A DNA stretch of 63,630 bases, filler included, from Porpidia crustulata (lineage: Eukaryota), in NCBI GenBank assembly GCA_964255105.1. It is 10 parts of 10 records of this genome, joined end to end, with 100 filler letters (N's around TTAATTAATTAA, not from the genome) between each part and the next. Parts side by side here need not be neighbours in the genome. Positions count along the whole stretch, not along the records: positions 57,364 to 63,630 come from CAXUWE010001592.1; 9 more parts are not named here. The stretch is one strand, 5' to 3'. A model generated the notes under the pieces. The model saw only the letters and a list, made by a program, of their open reading frames with translations, did not search any database and had not been told where the DNA came from. Position 1 is the stretch's first letter; each line of letters starts with the position of its first letter. Below, piece after piece: positions 57,896 to 63,630 of the stretch. A program made the position numbers and the translations under genes.

Positions 57896-59222
57896 TTTGG
57901 TGAATGGATAAGGGTTGTGGGTGGAGAGCGGAAGTAGGTAGTGTTGGATGCGTTTTGTTACTTCACCGGGACAGATTGCGTGTCAAGACCTACCCCTATC
58001 TGCCTTTGAAGTATGTTATCGAATAGGGATTCCAATAAGGAAGAGAGAATGGTAAGGACTCGAGGATCTAGTGTGGCAAAGGGAGCACCTTGCGAACGAC
58101 ATGCTGATATGGAAATCCTCGGTATCGATAGACTTTTGCAGCATGAAATTCCTCAGACCCGCACGAAGTATTCAAACAAATCAAGAATCTTATTTGAACG
58201 CCTCAGGTTCCTAGGAAAATTAGCTATCACATAGGTTGAAGCATGCAGACAAAACACCCAACTCACCATAGGCTTACAGAACCACGTGCAAACACACGAT
58301 CGCCGATATCTCACGACTTCGGTACGGAATGATTCGGACATTTCACGTGACTAGGTACCGGGGCCCCTGGCGGTACGATGAGGTGCCCGGAGCTTGGACC
58401 TTTCGGGCATTTGACAAAGCGATTGGAAATGCAGCCGCAGGCGAATCTGATGCGCGAGTAGCCACACATCTTTGCGGTCTGGGCTGGATGGTAGACTGTC
58501 GGTTGCGTGGTGTAGAGGGTAGGCGGCTGATTGGAGTTGGTAAGATTTATATGATGCGAGGTGGAGGGCTTAATGGAAGTGGTTGTTTCTTGCTGAGGCC
58601 TGGAGTGGTTGGGGGGAAAATCTTCCAGTCAGAGTACAACGGAGGCGTCTTATACCCAGGGCAGAAATTTCGTGAGTCTTAAGTAAAGCCATGACAGCGA
58701 CCGGGAATGTGAAGGAGACATAGGAGTCATTTGACTCAAAAGCGAGAGAGCTTCAAAAAGCCTCATCTGAGGATGCTGAGAGGATGACCGTAGAAAGCGA
58801 TCGAGTATATTTTCAGCAGTAGCCGGTATGTTCGAGTCTTTTGTCGTAGTGAGATCGAGGGACGATCCAGCTCATTTAAAGCGAAAGGTAAGCCACGACG
58901 GCCGGTTGAAGAATTTAGTTTCTTGTTAGACATGAAAGACTCGGGCTTCTTAATTGTTATCGATCCATCTGCCCCAGCGGTAGGGAATAGATGTAGAGAA
59001 GGGACTTTGGAGAGCGTTGCCTTGAATGAAGTATCTCTCTGACCTGCATAAAGCAGAATAATGTCGTTCCAGGCGCTTGTATCCTACATTCTAGTAACAA
59101 GCGCATCATGGTATCTTTGCTTTTTGGACGTAGAGAAACAGGTGGGCCTCGCCAAAAAAAATAACACACGAACTTCAAGAACTACCATTAGATTCTTCAT
59201 CTAGCTCTTCATTAAATTTCAC

Positions 59223-61139
59223 TTATCCAAAATTCGCCAACTGCGCTGCCAGACTGCCTTTGTCGTACTTGACATACTTCCCCTTGCCCTTGTCAATCTC
59301 ATGGTAGCGATCCCAGAACCGCGCGTACAACGGCTCAATCATTGCCTGTAATTCGCGACCCAATTGGCTTCTCACTTCTCTCTCCATCGCCAATTGCCGA
59401 TGCTTGGCGCCCAACTCGTCAAAAGTTGTGTTGAACAGCTTGAACTTTTCTTTGATGGCATCTTTATCTTTGCTGCCGAGGCTTTTAATCACGGCTGCAG
59501 AATCAATGAGGCCATTTTGGCCAGAGGGCGGGCGGGCGCCGCGGTTCGTGTACTGAACATCCATGAGGGCCGAACAGGGGTCACGCCAGGCTTCGAGATA
59601 GGCATGGTTACCCTTTTTACGCCAGGACTCAATTTTTGCCGCAGCGGTGGGGGCGGACTTGAGAACGGCGGCGAGGTCGGAGGAGCGGATCATACGGTCG
59701 ATCACGGCGACGTTGTTTGCTAAAAAGACGCCGAGCACGGCTTTAGATTTGAGAACCATGCGGGCTTTATTCTCGATGCTAGTGAGAAGTGTCTCGAGGT
59801 TGTCAAGAATGTAATGGGCAAGGAGTTGGTTGCCGTCGGCGCCGACATCGAAAGCTTTCATCGAAGGGAGGGAGGTATTAGAATTGTTGGCAGCGGAGGC
59901 AGGAGAGGTCCAATTGCCGTCGCCAAGGGATGCCATGATTGAGCTCAGCGCTTGAGGATAGAGGGTCATGAATTGAAGGCGGGTCATCAGCTCAGTGGTG
60001 AAGGGAATGGCGGCACCGTCTAGGGGCAGCGCAATCATTGACGTGATACGGCGGCGAACGTCGTCAAGAAGTTCGCCAAGGGATGACTTTGCTGTTTCGC
60101 GAACAGGCTTTAAAGCATCCGCAAATGGCAGCTTCAACTCGCCCGTTTTGGAGTCTAGTCGGAATGACAAGTTGGTAACAATCTCAACGATCTCATACGC
60201 GAGGAAGCAGTCTGTGGTTAGATTTGCTTTGACATGCATATTAATCTCACGTAGAGTCTTTGCAAATTCAGCCAAGGCCTTTCGGCACGTTGCCTCGAAT
60301 GCAATTCCCGAATCTGAACGAGGAAATATAGCAGAGATATTATGAAACTCAGCAAGAAAGATGCCTTCGATGCCGCTGGCATAAGTCCCAATGCCGCTTG
60401 TGCCTTGACGATAGATCTCATCTGCAATCTTCTTCTTTGAAGTAATGATGGAAGCGGTAGATAGATTTTGAAGGCTACTAGCAAGATAAGGGCTACGGCT
60501 TTCGTGATATAAGCGGATGGAAGGTGACTCGCGTTGGTTGTAAGAAGCATCACGGACCGTGGGCGAGGAGATGAATGAGTCAATGGATTTGAGCTTTAAT
60601 ATCGTTTCCGGTTGGATAGTGGGGAAAGCCAACTGCTTGGTGATATAGTGCAGAGGCTCAACAGGCCGGATATCTTCGGTGAGTAAAGAGCGAAAGAGAT
60701 TTTGCAATTTCTGGTTGCCTTCGCCGAGGAGCTCATTGAAATCGCCAATGGCCTGTTGGTTGACGCGAAGATTTGTAGCCGACGTCTGTGATAGTTTCCG
60801 ATCAATGCGTTTGAGCGAGGCAAGGTATTCAGTAAGCCCAACAGTGTCTGGTCCATCACGGATGACCTGCTCTTCATGACCTTTGTCGTCACTAACCGCC
60901 AGCAACTTGTCGACAAAGTCCAGAATATTATCCACGTTGCGGTTCACTGTCTGTAATTCTTGAGTATTGGTAAATACTGGTCCAATTGCCTCTTTAACAA
61001 CATGGGCACCGCTTTCCAGCCTTGCCATTGAAGCTTTTATCCTCCTGGACAAATTCTCAGACTTTGCCGCTTCTGCAAACAGCACCTCGACCTCTGCCCT
61101 CTCCTCCGCAAACTGGGGCTCCCGTCTCCTAGACATCAT
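59223..61139 (-). CDS. EXO70: Exocyst complex subunit Exo70
   Basis: FAEERAEVEVL, VEPLHYITKQLAFP, TDCFLAYEI, SLGDGNW, GVFLANN, KDKDAIKEKFKLFN and YARFWDRYHEIDKGKGKYVKYDK. Single ORF; likely start at MMSRRR. Confidence 0.96.
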   Translation of the reverse strand: MMSRRREPQFAEERAEVEVLFAEAAKSENLSRRIKASMARLESGAHVVKEAIGPVFTNTQELQTVNRNVDNILDFVDKLLAVSDDKGHEEQVIRDGPDTVGLTEYLASLKRIDRKLSQTSATNLRVNQQAIGDFNELLGEGNQKLQNLFRSLLTEDIRPVEPLHYITKQLAFPTIQPETILKLKSIDSFISSPTVRDASYNQRESPSIRLYHESRSPYLASSLQNLSTASIITSKKKIADEIYRQGTSGIGTYASGIEGIFLAEFHNISAIFPRSDSGIAFEATCRKALAEFAKTLREINMHVKANLTTDCFLAYEIVEIVTNLSFRLDSKTGELKLPFADALKPVRETAKSSLGELLDDVRRRITSMIALPLDGAAIPFTTELMTRLQFMTLYPQALSSIMASLGDGNWTSPASAANNSNTSLPSMKAFDVGADGNQLLAHYILDNLETLLTSIENKARMVLKSKAVLGVFLANNVAVIDRMIRSSDLAAVLKSAPTAAAKIESWRKKGNHAYLEAWRDPCSALMDVQYTNRGARPPSGQNGLIDSAAVIKSLGSKDKDAIKEKFKLFNTTFDELGAKHRQLAMEREVRSQLGRELQAMIEPLYARFWDRYHEIDKGKGKYVKYDKGSLAAQLANFG

Positions 61140-61555
61140 ACGATATATACAGATCTCCTGAAGGCTAATGGTGCTTGAGCCTTTGATCTTTGGACGTGAC
61201 GACTCCCCAGATTCTATCTCAGTCACATCACATTTCGCTGCTCTATTGTAAATTCAACCATTCGTGTACTACGACCAGCTCAAATACGGATACCTTGATA
61301 TCTGAAGTCGCAAAAAGTCGTCACTGAACCCCGTCAAAGCCAACCTGCAGGAGGGAGAGCCTAATAGGTTGAGGAACTACCTACTCCCAAGAGCGTTAGA
61401 CCCGTCCTATCGCGTCGTTTCTTCCCGGCGCGCGGTAGCCGCCTCTGATGCATGGTAACAGTCCATCCATACTGATAAATTCTGATATTGTTACTTGGAC
61501 AAGCCATTTGGGATTGAAAGAGCGCCTTGAAAAGTAAAGGGCGCAGCGAAGTGTG

Positions 61556-63630
61556 ATGAGGGCACGATTGGCGCATGTTTTAGCTTCTCGCCAAAAAGCT
61601 CTAGTCCTTCTACTCGGCTCTCCTATTGTGTACAGTCTTTACAGCAAGAACTACGCGTTGCGAAACGACAGTAATAATGATAGCCAGCAGTTTCGCCGGC
61701 AAACAATAGTCATCTCAGGGAAGACAAACTCAGACGCTAAACAGGATACATCCCCTCGGAAGATCGAATCGTCTGTTCCAGAATCCGCACAATCACGACC
61801 TTCTGGAGCTGGTGATGAAGAAGATGTAATTGCCATTCAAGATGGCGAGGTCACCGCATGGGCATCCTTCTCCTCAAAATTTGACTCTGCCTTCTCTTCC
61901 ATCTCATCTTTTCAATGGTCTTCCATAGGTGACAGCATTACCGACTTTATTATTCCAGATTGGTTCCAAGTTCTTCCAGGATATATCGCCAAACTACAGC
62001 GGGAATTGGAAACAACTCCTGGGTCGCTAGGTGATGAGATATGGCTAGAAGCCCAAGATCCTGATGTACATCCAGAAATCACCTCTACAGCTCGGGTACG
62101 ATTCGGCAAGGAACTCTGTATCGAGGAAAAAGAATTTCTTAAATGCAGGAAAATATTTACTACGCGAGCGCTTGCTAAATATCTTGATATTCCAGAAAAT
62201 GAAGTTGATCCGAGAGATGTACCCACCATAGCAATGTGTGGATCAGGTGGTGGTCTACGCGCTTTGGTGGCTGGTGCTTCATCGTATCTCAGCGCTCAAG
62301 AGGCAGGCCTCTTCGATTGCGTAACCTATACTGCCGGAGTGAGCGGAAGCTGCTGGTTACAGACTCTATACTACTCGACATTGGGCGGCCAAAGATATGG
62401 CAAGATCATGGACCATCTCAAAAGTCGTATAGGGGTTCATATAGCTTTCCCGCCAGAGGCGTTGAAGTTGCTCACCACGGCGCCCACTAATAAATTCCTT
62501 CTCTCAGGTATAATCGAAAAGCTGAAGGGTGATCCAAGCGCAGACTATGGTCTTGTCGATCTGTATGGAGTGCTTCTAGCCGCCCGACTTCTAGTCCCCC
62601 GCGGCGAACTTGGTGTGAATAACCTTGACTCCAAATTATCCAACCAACGCTTTTATCTTTCCAAAGGCGCGCATCCCCTTCCAATATATACCGCCGTTCG
62701 CCATGAGATTCCTCTTGAGGAAGTCGAGTCTGAACACGAAAAGCCTTTGAACGTTTCAATCCCCGATGCCACCAAAGAAAAGGCGAAACAAGAAGCCTGG
62801 TTTCAGTGGTTTGAATTCACCCCTTATGAGCTTTGGTGCGAGGAGCTCGATGCTGGGATCCCAAGCTGGAGCATTGGCCGTCAATTCAATAAGGGAATCA
62901 GTAAGCATCGAGAAAATGGGCTTGGGCTACCTGAGCTACGCATACCGTTTCTAATGGGTATGTGGGGTTCCGCTTTTTGCGCCACTCTGTCCCACTACTA
63001 CAAAGAGATTCGTCCCGTTGTAAAGTCCCTTGCCGGCTTTGGTGGCATCGATGATCTCATCGAAGGAAAAAACGAGGAGCTTATCAAAGTCCACCCCATC
63101 GACCCTGCCGCAGTCCCAAACTTCGTCCTTGGCCTTGAAAATCAGCTCCCTCCCACCTGTCCGAAAAGCATCTTCGGCGCCGATCACCTAGCTTTGATGG
63201 ACAGCGGCATGTCCAACAATCTCCCCATCTACCCTCTCCTCCGCACCGGCCGCGACGTTGACCTCATCATCATCTTCGACGCCTCGGCCGACATCAAAAC
63301 CGAAAACTGGCTCTCCGTCGCCGACGGCTACGCCCGCCAACGCGGCATCAAAGGCTGGCCCGTCGGCGCCGGCTGGCCCAAACAAGACACCACCAAGGAA
63401 GAAACACGCCAAGAACTCGACGCTTCCCAAGAAGCCAGCCCACAAGAAGCCGCGACCAAAATCGCCCAAGCGCGCGAAACCCAACGCACAGCTAACAATC
63501 ACACCCAAGAAGCCGTCGAACAAAACGACCCCGACCTCGGCTACTGCAACGTCTGGGTCGGCACCACCCTCGAGCGCCAATCCGCCACCGAACCCCCTCC
63601 CAGCAAACGCCTCGGCCCCGACGCCGACTG
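61556..63630 (+). CDS. Cytosolic phospholipase A2-like / lysophospholipase catalytic-domain protein, 3' truncated
   Basis: Open frame from ATG 61556 to the window end (missing from the ORF track because it has no stop). Contains AMCGSGGGLRAL, TAGVSGSCW, PLPIYTAVRHE, WFQWFEFTPYE, LMDSGMSNNLP and FDASAD. Confidence 0.93.
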   Translation, partial: MRARLAHVLASRQKALVLLLGSPIVYSLYSKNYALRNDSNNDSQQFRRQTIVISGKTNSDAKQDTSPRKIESSVPESAQSRPSGAGDEEDVIAIQDGEVTAWASFSSKFDSAFSSISSFQWSSIGDSITDFIIPDWFQVLPGYIAKLQRELETTPGSLGDEIWLEAQDPDVHPEITSTARVRFGKELCIEEKEFLKCRKIFTTRALAKYLDIPENEVDPRDVPTIAMCGSGGGLRALVAGASSYLSAQEAGLFDCVTYTAGVSGSCWLQTLYYSTLGGQRYGKIMDHLKSRIGVHIAFPPEALKLLTTAPTNKFLLSGIIEKLKGDPSADYGLVDLYGVLLAARLLVPRGELGVNNLDSKLSNQRFYLSKGAHPLPIYTAVRHEIPLEEVESEHEKPLNVSIPDATKEKAKQEAWFQWFEFTPYELWCEELDAGIPSWSIGRQFNKGISKHRENGLGLPELRIPFLMGMWGSAFCATLSHYYKEIRPVVKSLAGFGGIDDLIEGKNEELIKVHPIDPAAVPNFVLGLENQLPPTCPKSIFGADHLALMDSGMSNNLPIYPLLRTGRDVDLIIIFDASADIKTENWLSVADGYARQRGIKGWPVGAGWPKQDTTKEETRQELDASQEASPQEAATKIAQARETQRTANNHTQEAVEQNDPDLGYCNVWVGTTLERQSATEPPPSKRLGPDAD

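Overview
Fungal nuclear DNA from a filamentous ascomycete (Pezizomycotina; a lichen-forming fungus or lichen metagenome is plausible, but that is inference). The window is not contiguous. It is ten unrelated contigs of about 6.3 kb (6284, 6281, 6276, 6275, 6271, 6271, 6270, 6268, 6267, 6267 nt, sorted by decreasing length), joined by nine artificial 100-nt spacers (44 N + TTAATTAATTAA + 44 N), so adjacency across a spacer means nothing. Most of the content is intron-containing housekeeping genes: METTL16-like U6 methyltransferase, a G-patch protein, KIN1, NDUFB11, SDH2, CCT4, RPT1, SDH1, DDI1, RRP8, TRM732, an Obg GTPase, a LYAR-type protein, an MFS sugar transporter, EXO70 and a cPLA2-like phospholipase. 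There are also a few lineage-specific or decayed genes. The main unexplained signals are: (i) a 775-nt TIR element with an 8-bp target-site duplication (TSD) inside a divergent promoter, whose interior almost lacks CC/GG and which carries a nested, highly structured 168-nt solo-LTR-like insert with its own 5-bp TSD; (ii) recurrent local switches from C-rich to G-rich sequence, imposed on coding regions and coinciding with contig breaks; (iii) an apparent excess of GC-AG introns, one of them in METTL16 itself; (iv) a bacterial-looking fragment fused to one contig end. No rRNA, tRNA or CRISPR array was found. All exon models were derived by eye.
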